Shown piece after piece: positions 51,600 through 64,000 of a stretch of 64,000 nucleotides of DNA (positions are counted from its first letter, which is position 1; every line of letters starts with the position of its first letter). The stretch comes from Octopus vulgaris (lineage: Eukaryota), in NCBI GenBank assembly GCA_951406725.2, contig OX597816.1, positions 1,178,001 to 1,242,000 of the forward strand, given 5' to 3'. The position numbers were made by a program, and so were the translations under genes. The notes under the pieces are model-generated. The model had not been told where the DNA came from. It saw only the letters and a list, made by a program, of their open reading frames with translations, and did not search any database.

Positions 51600-52190
51600 C
51601 TTTTTTTTTTTCAAACAACTAAATCAGGTTTGTTATGTTTGTAGTTGGTAAAAGCTGTGGTGAAAGTGTTCCATCAATATTCCTTGTGTTGATATGTATG
51701 AATATATTCAAAAACAGAGGTGTTGTTTATATTTATCCCAGGGAAGTCTTTTCTGTGGATGGCATTGTATATTGTTTCGGCAGCAACACCATCATATATT
51801 AATGGGAGATGGTACCTGGCTGATATTTTTGGTCAGCTGCCGATTACAGGTGTTATGCCATCCACAAAAGAATGATACACCTTATATTTATGGCTGAATA
51901 TTTGGAGTTGAAGGGTTTCATTGTCCCGTTTGTTCATTAGAGACATCATTGTAATCGTCTACTCAAGGCCTACCAAAAGCCTAACCTTCGAGATGTGGCG
52001 TGATATAACGGTCAAGAATGCAAGAGAGGCTACAATTCATGTTAATATTATCATCCTTCTCAAGCTTACGGGAAACATAGTCAAGCATCACATGTTTGCA
52101 GTCAGCAGAGAGTTTCTCTTCCAAATCTTTCCTTAAGTATCCTCGTCCAACACTCCAAGGTTCACATACAAAGTCATCAGAGAATGTGGG
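51600..52190 (-). mobile_element. R4/Dong-like fragment, heavily decayed
   Basis: Minus translation YHLPLIYDGVAAETIYNAI and YKHNKPDLVV. Confidence 0.65.
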
Positions 52191-52235
52191 TTTTTTTAAA
52201 GCTATTATTCAATTCGTTTTTGAGTAGTTGCTTGA

Positions 52236-52292
<57 letters not shown>

Positions 52293-52578
52293 TTGTACAT
52301 TTGTTTATTCCCATTCTTTATAGATATTAGTTATAGTGTACAGAGAAGACACAACTAAATCCCACCCTCCATATTTTTATTTATATATTTAGTTATTTCT
52401 GCTTAGGAATAACATTTTACGAAATTTTATAAATGCGAGCTTTCTCAAACCCAGACTAAAAGTTGACTTTTAGCAGAAAAATCTTTGTTCAATGGGAAAT
52501 AGGCTACACACATACATACCATTATATATATATATATTTATATATATATTGGAAGGTTTGGAGATGATGTACAGGTAT

Positions 52579-53037
52579 TATATATTAGAAGAAATGAGGT
52601 ACTCAGAAAATCGGATGGTTTATATTTACAGATATTTATTTGTATATTACATTTTTTATATATATCATATCACTTAGATCAATAGCGCTTTCTCCCATTC
52701 TAGTGGGGTTTTCAAATCAAACTAAGTTCCTGTGTGAGGAGTTTTGACTATTACAAAAATACACACACACACACATACACACATGTTCTCTCTCTCACTT
52801 TCTCCTCATCCATCACCCTCTTGTACTGTCTTATATTCCTCCCCACCACTACAAACTCTATAAAATAGTAAAAACTCCTCACACAGGAACTTAGTTTGAT
52901 TTGAAAAACACACTGGAATGGGAGAAAGCGTTAATGATCTAAATGATATAATATATATAAAAAATGTAATATACAAATAAATATCGGTAAATATAAACCA
53001 TCCGATTTTCTGAGTACCTCATTTCTCCTAATATATA
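52579..53037. mobile_element. Fold-back element (arms ~52579-52752 / 52864-53037) ending in (TA)n
   Basis: About 175-bp inverted arms incl. gaaatgaggtactcagaaaatcggatggtttatattt and its reverse complement. Confidence 0.88.
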
Positions 53038-53047
53038 TATATATATA

Positions 53048-53560
53048 TCTATATATATAAAACTGTAGTTGTGTGAGTGTCTGTCCCCTTCGATTTAGAT
53101 TCCTAACTACTCCCACATTTTGCGGTGCAGTTTAACCAAATTCGGGTATCTTATAGTCGTGATTCATATCGAGCCCGTCTGAGTATTAGCGCGCGTCTAC
53201 GATGAGTCTACGATTTTAAAAATAATTTAACATCATTTTTTATTCCATTTTAATGCATAATTTTTCGTGTGTCGATGGCGGCGGAGTTGGCGTCCATGGT
53301 CACACCTGCACCTGTTTGGTTCTCCCCCTTCTTCCCTCCCTCGTGAAGCTGTGGGGAAGGGAGTGTAAGGAAATCAACGTCGTAAAGCGTTGTCAAGGAG
53401 ACTAGCGTTCTCTTAGAACAACGACTTCATGGCTTGAAGACACCAAAACAGAAATGGCTAAGAAAGCCCGAATTGGCATCTATAAAGGAAGTAACTCTCT
53501 AAAAATGCTTATAAAGTTATTTCCCTTACAAACCCGAGCAACGCCGGGCGATACTGCTAG
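53048..53560 (+). mobile_element. Non-autonomous Helitron, copy 1
   Basis: A|TC 5' end; subterminal hairpin cccgagcaacgccggg; CTAG|T 3' end; no TSD. Confidence 0.9.
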
Positions 53561-54234
53561 TATATATATAAAACTGTAGTTGTGTGAGTGTCTGTCCCCT
53601 TCGATTTAGATTCCTAACTACTCCCACATTTTGCGGTGCAGTTTAACCAAATTCGGGTATCTTATAGTCGTGATTCATATCGAGCCCGTCTGGCTATTAG
53701 CGCGCGTCTACGATGAGTCTACGATTTTAAAAATAATTTAACATCATTTTTTATTCTATTTTAATACATATCTTTTCATGTGTCGATGGCGGCGGAGTTG
53801 GCGTCCACGCTCACACCTGCACCTTTGGGGAAGGGAGTGTAAGGAAATCAACGTCGTAATGCGTTGTCAAGGAGGCCAGCGTTCTTTTAGAACAACGACT
53901 TCATGGCTTGAAGACACCAAAACAGAAATGGCTAAGAAAGCGTCTACATGAGTCTACGATTTAAAAAAAAATTTACCATCATTTTTTCCATTTTAATGCA
54001 TTTTTTCGCTATTATATAAAAATGTCTACGATGAGTCAACGATTTAAAAAAAAATTACCATCAGGCGCAGGAGTGGATGTGTGGTAAGTAGCTTGCTAAC
54101 CAACCACATGGTTCCGGGTTCAGTCCCACTGCGTGGCATCTTGGGCAAGTGCCTTCTGCTATAGCCCCGGGCCGACCAATGCCTTGTGAGTGGATTTGGT
54201 AGACGGAAACTGAAAGAAGCCTGTCGTATATATG

Positions 54235-54265
<31 letters not shown>

Positions 54266-54597
54266 TTTTGTGTGTCTGTGTTTGTCCCCCTAGCATTGCT
54301 TGACAACCGATGCTGGTGTGTTTATGTCCCCGTCACTTAGCGGTTCAGCAAAGAGACCGATAGAATAAGTACTGGGCTTACATAGAATAAGTCCCGGGGT
54401 CGATTTGCTCGACTAAAAGGCGGTGCTCCAGCATGGCCGCAGTCAAATGACTGAAACAAGTAAAAGAGTAAAAGAGAGTATCATTTTTTATTCCATTTTT
54501 AATGCATTTTTTTGCTATTTTTTTGCTATAACTCTCTAAAAATGCTTATATAGTTATTTCCCTTACAAACCCGAGCAACGCCGGGCGATACTGCTAG
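53561..54597 (+). mobile_element. Non-autonomous Helitron, copy 2 (head-to-tail with copy 1; interrupted by a SINE)
   Basis: First ~260 bp near-identical to copy 1; same hairpin and CTAG|T at 54594-54597. Confidence 0.9.
54064..54478 (+). mobile_element. Full-length SINE family A inserted in Helitron copy 2
   Basis: Reverse-complement match to 47884-48291; Helitron sequence accatca...tcattttt resumes after it. Confidence 0.93.
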
Positions 54598-54630
<33 letters not shown>

Positions 54631-54713
54631 ATGGTGAAACTCGAAGCAAGTAAGGCTATAAATAATAGCGTGTAAATACAGGGTTAAAATCCCTTTGGCT
54701 ATAAAAATTTGAA

Positions 54714-54785
54714 GGCTCACCGTGGGACTCGAAGCCACATCTTTTGTAAACCAGACAGACGTTCTACCATTGGACCAAAGCAATC
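54714..54785 (-). pseudogene. tRNA-like sequence (72 nt), degenerate; isotype not assignable
   Basis: TGGTCCAATGGTAG A-box, GTGGC-TTCGAGT-CCCAC T-arm, tRNA-like spacing, T5 run just downstream; mismatched stems. Confidence 0.6.
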
Positions 54786-55046
54786 CTTCGAATTTTTCTC
54801 TCCATTTTGGTAGCTTCATTCTTACCAGTGAGATAGATGATGTCATAAAAATTTAGATCTTTGAGAAAACGTGAAATATTTCTTTTGTTTGGAAAGGTGA
54901 AACTCGAAGAAGAGTTATAAATAATATTTGGTTAGAAAAACCTTTTTAATAGAAAGCGTTAAAGTTTCTGACTTCTTATGATGCCAACAATATACAATTC
55001 TCGTTTGTAAAAACAAAGTTTCTAAAATGGCTAGAGAAAGTCGATG

Positions 55047-55118
55047 GATTGCTTCGGTACAATGGCAGAACGCCTGTCATGTTTACAGCAGAGCTTGTTT
55101 CAAGTCCCACGGGCACCC
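55047..55118 (+). pseudogene. tRNA-like sequence (72 nt), second and more decayed copy
   Basis: Aligns end to end with 54714-54785(-); followed by CCTTTTT. Confidence 0.55.
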
Positions 55119-55579
55119 TTCGCCTTTTTCTATCCAATATTTAAATCTATTACTTATAGGTTTATGTTTCAAGTTTCATCGTTCACAAAGAGAAAAAATA
55201 CATTTCTCGTTTCCTTCTAAACCTATGGTGGAAAATCTATATGAATTCAACTAGTATAGAGAAAAACAACAGAGAATTCTTGGAAATGAAACTAAGAAGG
55301 TCTAAAAATATTGAATATGGATTTAAAAGAATTACTGTTTCAAACAAACTGTAAAAAAAAATCTAAGAAAATCCGAAAAATCTAAAATGAAAGACGACGA
55401 AGGTTGGACACAATCACGAATTCAATTAAACGTATAAAAGAAAAGATAGTCCCCATATGTGTGTATGTAAATGTTTGTGTATATATATAGAAAGAGACAC
55501 GTGTATACATACACATAGGTATCATTATATATGCGTGTGTATCTCACTCTCTTTGTATGTACGTATGTGTTTGTGTATG

Positions 55580-55640
<61 letters not shown>

Positions 55641-58577
55641 TAACACGCACATACATATACATATATATACGTATATAAACATATACATAAATAAGCACTC
55701 TCACATACACACATATATACACTCATGCAAATGTCTGTTGTGTGTCCCTGTTCAGTAGATCTTAATTTTTAACAAGATAATCAGTAGGAAGCGAAACAGC
55801 AGTGCTAGAATTCTTGTGGGAATAATAAGCGATTTTGATGTCGAGTAAAAATGCTAGCAAAGTCTTAAAAAGATAGGAATATTTAGGACAAATCTTGCAG
55901 ATAAGTATGTTAGCGTTTATCAGTTTTTAAGTACACTGAATATATCTCGTCTGTTGTCTTAACTTGTTGGAATAGGTTTTCTTTTGTATTCAAAGTAACA
56001 ATGTGACAGTTTTAAAAGATACTGTAACTGCTGAATTTATCATTTCTTCAATGCGAAGTCAAACCTAAATGAACAAAAGACAGTTAATTTTAATCCAAGA
56101 GAATTTCTTCTAAATTTCATTCTGTCACAATTTTGTTTACTACTATAATCAACATCAACGAGCGACTTACAGCAGGAATATTCGGAGTTTAGTGTGTAGG
56201 AATTGGTTCGCTAGAATTTGGATATTTGTTCAGGTTGCGACCACGAATCCTCTACGAAACCCCTGCTTTCTCTCGGACCACTGTGCTGCTTGTCCCATTT
56301 CCATCTATGACCATGTTCTGGCGGAAAACTACGCGGAAATTTCAATTCGTACTGCGCGATCATACGAATGCACTTGAAATCCAATTGACTAAAATGTAGG
56401 CAAAGATTAGTTGATATGTCTTAGCCAACATCTGCAACAGGACTGGCACGGTTTCGAAAGCTAGTGCCGCTATACATGCTACATCTAAGAAATACTTCAA
56501 TGTCCGACCAATTCTTTTTATTTAAGTTGAGAGAGAAAGAGAAAAGAGAGAGTGAGAGCAGAAACCTTTAAGCGTCAGAGGGATTAAAGAATATTTGTTT
56601 ATCTCCTGCTGCCATGTTTTGATTTATATAAATGGATAGCTATACAAAATAATGGAGGGGAAAATTAAGAAAAAGAAAAAAAAACAAATTCTGGCTTTAC
56701 TTCTTATATTATTATTTAAACATTTTACTTAAAAGCCGAACTATAGATATAAAAAGATTATGAAAGATTATACAGATTTGGTGGAATTTCGTCTTAATAA
56801 ATGTCAAAATTGTTTTGCAAGGTTTCGTTCTGGACCCAAACTAGATACGTTTTCAGACCATACCAGTTATGTTCCCTGCGATGATAAAAACATATATATT
56901 TGTTTTTCTCGTTTGTTAAATTTTACAATAATAGACAATGCTAAACGGAGAAGGAATTTAGCAGTACCAGGTATTTGCTATTCTTTAACATGCAGTTTAG
57001 GGGTTCAAAAATGAAAACAATGACGACAGCGAAGTCCCATAACTTCATGAAAGATCTGGTGAAATCCCTCAACTTTATTAACAGAACCCCCTCCTCGTGC
57101 CGCTTTCACAAGCACTTAACTGTATAGCGTCTTCTAGTGATATCTTAAGTAGTTCAGAAATAGCAGCCGAAGTACACCATTCCAACGTGCTATACACAAC
57201 TTAAATGTGATCTTTTCCATGTTACATAAAATGTATGTATGCTCTGTACATTATTTATGTTACACAGATTGTTTACATGAAGTTATAGGATGTCACTTCT
57301 TTTTAATTAAAAACAGCCAACACGGTTTGCCGTTATGATCATTGCTAACGTCATGAGAAAAATCTGCTTGGAAAAAAAAATCCCACTTCCGAATGACACA
57401 TATAAATAAAATGCTTGATGCAAGGGAAGGAAATGGCGTAAAAATCATATACTCGGTTATTTATAGTAATTGATATGCTGCATAATCAATTTATTTTTGC
57501 GATACAAATCAATACAATATTTATGACGTTCTTTCTCTTCATCTATTTTTGATCAGCTAACGGGAAAAATGTCCCAATGGTATACTTCTAATGGCATGAG
57601 TTACTTAATAGTAGCTCATAGCACTGAAACAGAAAGAGTGCATGGCTAATTTTGTTTTACCCGATTTCTACGTTGAATGATCAAGGATATTCCAACCGAA
57701 ACCGTTCCATCTTTTTAAGTTTATATCTAGGAGTGTTGAAATGCTGCAACGGAATTTTCTATCGTTGTAGAAGTTGTTCCATTGGAACCAACATTTTCAT
57801 AGTCCATTTTAACGTAGCACTTGGTGAACTAACATGGAAGTCTGTACGATATTCGACAATACAGTCCTAACCATTAACCTCAAATGTACAAGTTTCTAGA
57901 CAATAATGAAAGCCATACATACAATGAAGTACAGGTCTTTATGGTTTTCATTCGGATATCGTCAGATTTTGTACAAATTTTCCACACTGATGTAATTTTG
58001 CACGCCAATGACGAAAATCGTATTCAATTTTCATTGTAATAAATAATTTTAAAGTTGCCAAAGTAAGTCGCTGTTATTGACACAGAGGAAGTTGCAATTT
58101 CCAAATACTGATAAGAAAATGGAAAGATTACAAAAATAGAGGCTTCCAGTTGGCTAAAATTTCCAAACTTAAAAGATTTATAGGTCTTTTTTATTTTTTG
58201 ACATGCAAAACTACATTAGTTTAGAAAATTTTAATAAATTCTGATGATTTTGCAGTAAAATCAACACGAGAATATATCTGACACTGTTCCATTGTAGAAT
58301 CTACAGAAGCTAAATAATAATAGATATATAAATAAAAACATCACCTACTTAATTGTTGTTTTATGTACAACCTGACTTGCAATACATACAGAACATACAG
58401 ACGGATAGATAGACAGAGATGTTACTATTGTTAATATCATCTACGGTGAATATTTTTAATTGATAACTATTAACAGCAGTAACACAGGCGGTTTAACAGG
58501 TCTAATAGCATTATATAACTATGAAATTTAAAGTTAGCTCAAGGCATGAGGATGCAGAAAAGTACAAAGAGAACAAG

Positions 58578-58760
58578 CATACATACATACATGCATACAT
58601 GCATGCATACATACATACATACATACATACATACATACATACACACATGTACATACATACATACATACATACATACATACATACATACATACATACATAC
58701 ATACACACATGTACATACATACATACATACATACATACATACATACATACATACATACAC
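58578..58760. repeat. (CATA)n microsatellite
   Basis: Directly visible. Confidence 0.95.
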
Positions 58761-58859
58761 ACACACCTCTGTGTGTGTGTACGTGCGTGCGTGCATGTTT
58801 TCTTTATCTTTTAAATTTTAGAGTAAACTTTAACCGGCCATCTACATGGTAGCAACGTT

Positions 58860-59780
58860 TTGGAGGAAAGTATTTTGTTTTAACCATCGTCCTTTAAATC
58901 TTAAGGAGGTCTTGCAGATTTTTATACTTCCAGATGATCACTTCCAGATGATCATTTGTAGCATATGAATTAAGGATTTACATTCTCTACCCAAGATCTC
59001 AAATTCCTCCATACTCTGCTCCAGACGGTTTGGTATGTGTCCTGATGCTCTTATAGTAATAATAGATATGAAGCTGAAAGTGTATCTTGGGTACTGGATT
59101 TGCACACTCCTTATCAATGGTCCATAAAAGTGCTGTTCGTCATCTATTTTTCTAACCACATTGATGTTCCGGGGGCAGCTGATTTCCACAACAGAACATA
59201 TCTTTTCTTTGTGGTCCAACACAACGATATCTGACCGGTTGTGTTTTAACTTGGTAGCTGTTTTAATTTTTTCAAGTTCCACCAATATTCTTTTCTCAAT
59301 ATAGTCAACTTCGTTTGTTAGTATTTTGGCCATCGTATTATACCTTAGGGGAAGATAATATCTGGGAGACGTTCTCTCACAGTTGGCAATAATGTGGATG
59401 ATGTCTTCAATCTAATTCAAGCCTAAAATTGTTGTCTGTCAATGTTTTCTACCTTTTGTGCTGTAGGTACATGGTGAGGATCTTTTGTGCTTGGATTGCA
59501 TGGATGTAGCCTTCAAAGTGAGATGTCATAAATTTGTCGGTACTCCATGTCAAGCTTTTGACACGACGAATCCCTTCTGTGGCTTGTGTTTTGAGTGCCA
59601 GGCACTTATGTACTATCTTCTCAGTGAACTGGTCCATTTTTTCCTGTTGTTCTGATAAATAGATTTTACCCATGCTCCTTGGGGAGAGATCTGTGTCAGC
59701 TCTTATTTCATACCTCTCCAAAGTACATTAGTTAGTCTAATTATGTCGTTGGTTTCGTAGTCACAAACTTGGGTAAAATA
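58860..59780 (-). mobile_element. R4/Dong-like non-LTR retrotransposon 3' fragment (zinc knuckle + REL endonuclease)
   Basis: LTWSTDKFMTSHFEGYIHAIQAQ; EDIIHIIANC; KTATKLKHNRSDIVVLDHKEKICSVVEISCP...YGPLIR. Confidence 0.88.
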
Positions 59781-60059
59781 GTTACTGGTCTCTTTCATGT
59801 TGCAGATGTTATTTCAGTGTATGTATGCATGTATGCATGTGTGCATGCATGCATGTATGCATGTGTGTATGTATGTATGTATGTATGTATGTATGTATGT
59901 ATGTATGTATGTATGTATGTATGTGTGCGTGTGTGCGTGTGTGCGTGTGTGTGTGTGTCCGAATTCTGATCGTTACTATTTATACCTTACTTGCAAGGGA
60001 GCATCGTAACTCTCATCACAACGCGGTGTCAGCCTCATGCCATTATCTATTGACTTTTA

Positions 60060-60430
60060 TGAGGTACGGTTTATGTGGTTAAGAAGTTTGTTTCACAATC
60101 ACATGATTCGGAGTTCACCTCTACATGGCACATTAGCCAACTGTTTTCTGCCGTAGCCCTGAATCGACCAGCGTCTTGTGAGTGAACTTGGTAGATGGAA
60201 TCTCGTCGTGTACATGCGTGTGGTGGAGCAAGGACGTCTTAGTGCTTACCTCCACACTGTTTAAAAACCAATGCTGTTTTGTTTGGGTTTTTTGCGTCCC
60301 CATAACTTAGTGGTTCGGCAAAAGACACCGATAGAACTTTAAAAGACTTAGTACAGCGGCTGATTTGTTCGACTAAACCCTTCAAGGTGATGCCTCAGGA
60401 TGGTCCAGTTCAATGATTAAAGCATGTAAA
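60060..60430 (+). mobile_element. Old SINE family A copy
   Basis: Colinear but diverged match to 54064-54478. Confidence 0.75.
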
Positions 60431-61276
60431 AGGACAGAAGAATAAACTAAAAGAAAGTTCTTAAATATGACACAAACACAAATAAATACAATTATTCTTG
60501 ACGTTTCGGTGATGTTGAAGGTTCAATCGCCCGACGAACTGAGTTTAAGCTTTCAGAGTAAGAAATCACGAGATGAAAATGGCAATAGCCATGATGAAAT
60601 ACAACGACGATGGAAACGGGGTGGCGGCAGAAGACGAAGAAAACTATGTCAGTAGGGTGGTGGCTGGGGTGGCGATGATGACAAGAGTGTCGATGACAAC
60701 GGGGGCGTACTATCACGGAAAATATCAAAAGAATGCCTTCAACTCGACACAGATATATACATACACATACATGCGTGTGTGTGTGTGTGTATGCGCGTGC
60801 ATAAATGCTTGTATGTGTACATGCGTGTGTGTGTACATATGTTTTTATATGAGATTATGTGTGTGTATATATGTGTATGTGTGTATGTATGCGCGCATCC
60901 AGCAAATAGTTCCATTTTTTTCTCGTTTCAAGATAGAAGTCATTTGAAACACATTGTTGGCATTGAGAATCTCGTCTATTACAATAGTGTCTGTCAGCTG
61001 TCACATCTTTTTGAAAAACCTACATCACTGGCTCCCTCCCTCCCTCTATCTCCTACCACTACCCCCAACACCGCAACCACCACCCGCCCTTCTGTATTGC
61101 TTCGGTGCATACTATGTCATTGGTTGATATCTATCTATTCTCTACGTCCCGTGTGTGAGAATGTGTGGGAATGTGTATATACACCGATCTACATCTACAC
61201 ATATAGAGCGCATAAAAATGTCTGTGTACACAGTGCTTTACATGCAAATACATACATACATACATACATACATACA

Positions 61277-61307
<31 letters not shown>

Positions 61308-62289
61308 GCACACACATGTATGTGTGGGAAGAGATGTATTTTGACGACTGGCGATTTCATCTTGCGATTTTTCAGTCCAAGTGAAAGTCGTATGGACTCG
61401 AATATCGAAAATAAATCTTAACCAACAAAATGCACTAAATATCAATCGATGGTATAAGAAGTGGGCACAAACGGAGAAACAAAGTCGTTCTAAAAGAGAT
61501 AGGGCACATTTTTTTACAAAATAATATTTATGCGGCCTGAAGAATCATGAAATGAAACGACCAGTCACCGTAATTTATTGGTTTTACCGATTCTCGAAGT
61601 AAATGTTACTCTATATATTGTATCGAGTTCTCTTTTTCTTAACGGTATGTATACTCAGTTTGAAGATGTGTGGTTTAACTGTTAGGGTGTTAGACTCATG
61701 ATCGTAAGATTGTGGTTTCGATTCCTGGATAGGACGACGTATGAGCAAAACACTTCGTTTCATGTTGCTCCTGTCCATTTAGCTGGTAAAAATGAGAAAT
61801 CCTGCTACGGACCTGCATCTCGTCCAGTGGGGAATTCTTTGCGCCACAGAAACCAGAGGTGACCCTATGTAGACATGTGTATGTGTGTTTGTATGTATGT
61901 ATTCATCTATCTATCTATTGGGGCCGGCTGAAGGTAGCAGCATCTCGAGCAGTCGCCCAGGTGGTCATATTCTTGGAAGGTGTCACATCACGTGTTTGGA
62001 ATCTTAGAAATAATAGAGAAAATGAAAATAAATACTTCATTCATATTTGTAATAAACGCTTTGTTCCTACATTTGTCGGTAATTAGTTCTTGCAAACATT
62101 TTATAAAATACTTGTGAAGGTTCTAAAATCAAGCTTGTCCGACATGTCAGCCACCGTAGGATTGGTGCAGCTGGCTGTCAATCATTGGCCACACTCACAC
62201 GCACACACAAGCCTGCACGCGCATGCGTGCGAACACAAACCTATGATTCAATCAACGGAAAGCCTCTGCCAACTCTGCGATCTGTAGCT

Positions 62290-62510
62290 CGTCTTGATCG
62301 GAATATAACAATGTACATTCCATCTGGTCTTCAACAATAAACACAGGTTTTCGTTTGGAGCGATACTATATGACCCCCACTCCAGTTACTATACGCGGGA
62401 CGTTTCAAAGTTCTCAATAGATCACCAACGAGCTTCGTCCATATTATTATCAAAAAGAGAGGGAATTTCTGTCAGCATCATCTGCCTACAGAAGACTCAG
62501 CTTGAATCGA
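62290..62510 (+). mobile_element. Gypsy LTR-retrotransposon integrase C-terminal (GPY/F) remnant
   Basis: MYIPSGLQQ*TQVFVWSDTI*PPLQLLYAGRFKVLNRSPTSF resembles VFVRxDxxRPPLQPPYxGPFxVL. Confidence 0.7.
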
Positions 62511-62719
62511 AAGCAATTTGCATCTTACTACCTCACCAACTTCCACCTTACTGCTGCCTCATCAAACCGACCAAACATCAGCCGATCCAGTAGAATGAAT
62601 AAGATTCAATCGGCGCCAACATTGGCTTTATCACCTGATTTCTAATAATTGATAAATTTGCAATAAATAGTAACCGATTTCACCTGCTCACTATATACAG
62701 CTATTTCATTATTAATATA

Positions 62720-63090
62720 CTAGCAGTATCGCCCGGCGTTGCTCGGGTTTGTAAGGGAAATAACTATATAAGCATTTTTAGAGATGTAAAGTATAATAGC
62801 CATCTCAATATGGCTAACCACAAAGGGGGGTGTTACTGTAGCTTTTTACGTTCTGAGATTTAATAATAAATTTTTAGAGAGTTACTTCCCTTATATATGC
62901 CAAAAGTGCATTAAAAATGGGGAAAATTGATGGTAAATTTTTTTTTAAATCGTAGACCAGAAGGGATCGATATGAATCACGACTATAAGATACTCGGTTT
63001 TGGTTAAACTGCACCGCAAAATGTGGGAGTAGTTAGGAATCTAAATCGTAGGAGACAGACAGCACACAACCTCACTTTTATATACAAAGA
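62720..63090 (-). mobile_element. Non-autonomous Helitron, copy 3
   Basis: Minus strand A|TC...cccgagcaacgccgggcgatactgCTAG|T; ends homologous to 53048-53560, different interior. Confidence 0.9.
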
Positions 63091-63094
63091 TATT

Positions 63095-63200
63095 ACTTCA
63101 GACGCGGTGTCATCAGCAAAAAGCTGAAAAGTGGATGTTTTGGAATAAGTATCAGATAGACTAATAGTTTTGGAATACGTAGATTGATGACATCAGCAAT
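63095..63200 (-). mobile_element. CR1/L2-like RT relic
   Basis: Minus translation LSDTYSKTSTFQLFADDTA (FADD motif). Confidence 0.5.
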
Positions 63201-63874
63201 AAATTGACCAATGATGATTTTGGAACATGTATCAGATTGACTAATGATGTCAGTAATAAACTAACTAGTAAAGGCTTTGGAAGGCCTTTAACAAACCATT
63301 TACCATTTTCTCTACTCGTTCCAAATTCAGCCTTGATATAAGCATTGTCATCAAGAAAGCAGAGACTGATGACGCTAGCCTTCACGTCTGTAGCTACAAT
63401 GACTGACTGTTGCTAGCCAAATTTTACTGAACAATCAACATTTGCGGCAATGTACTATCACAACGTCCTTATCTACTTGGGCAGATGATAAAACATGAAT
63501 AGTGCAAATTGACAAATTTCTTTTCCCTTTATGACTCCCACTCTCTCCCCCCCTCTCTCTCTCTCACTTTTTCTCCCTCCCAATTCTTTCTTCAACGCAA
63601 TTGTCTTAAGACAAGCTGCCTACTGTTTCGTTTTTTTTTTTATCTGATCGCTACTGACAATCAACTTTTGATGAAACATTCTCATCATGCGCACGCGCAC
63701 AGGAGCAGACGTGGTTGTGTGGTTAAGAAACATGCCTTGCAACGATATGGCTTCTGGTTGGACAAGTACAGCTCTGGATCAACCAATGACTTGCGAGTGA
63801 ATGTGGTAGACAGAAACTGTGCAAGCAACATTTTTCTAATTGAACACTGCAAGTCCCGGTATTGTTTCTTTTAT

Positions 63875-64000
63875 TATTCTTTTTACACGTCTCAGTTGTT
63901 TGACTGCGGCCATGCTGGAGCACCGCCTTACAGGGTTTTAGTCGAAGAAATTGACCCCAGGATATTCTTTGTAAGCCTAGTACTTATTCTATCGGGGACA
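63875..64000 (-). mobile_element. SINE family A 3' end, runs off the window; a decayed plus-strand 5' part lies at ~63700-63830
   Basis: tgactgcggccatgctggagcaccgcc...tttgtaagcctagtacttattctatcgg as in 47920-48010. Confidence 0.85.

Noticed and set aside
54714-54785. Functional tRNA-Thr call
   Set aside because: Mismatches in acceptor, D, anticodon and T stems and a pyrimidine at position 37; kept only as tRNA-like.

Overview
AT-rich, microsatellite-dense animal DNA with no convincing host protein-coding exon; it reads as intronic or intergenic. The SINE families and overall repeat make-up resemble an octopod cephalopod (Octopus-like) genome, which is an inference from recalled repeat sequences and not from a search. 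Nearly all listed ORFs are microsatellite read-through or transposon debris. Recognisable content: tRNA-derived SINEs of about three families; fragments of L1/Tx1, RTE, R4/Dong-like (REL endonuclease), CR1-like and Penelope-like retroelements; a Gypsy integrase tail; a decayed hAT (Buster/Charlie) transposase; several MITEs with clear TIRs and TSDs; and three non-autonomous Helitron copies, two of them head-to-tail. The most interesting signal is a set of unrelated, non-coding elements next to (TA)n/(CA)n tracts. At least seven form fold-back inverted repeats, and many carry hammerhead-ribozyme-like motifs with self-complementary stem III and non-canonical cores. The cleanest are at 7749-7792 (-) and 46782-46817 (+). 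Also notable: an inverted tRNA-like repeat pair with Pol III terminators, two MITE families with telomeric repeats at their centre, a pre-miRNA-sized hairpin, and a dense E2F/ETS-CRE/CTCF-like motif cluster. All alignments and folds were done by eye; fragment boundaries are approximate.
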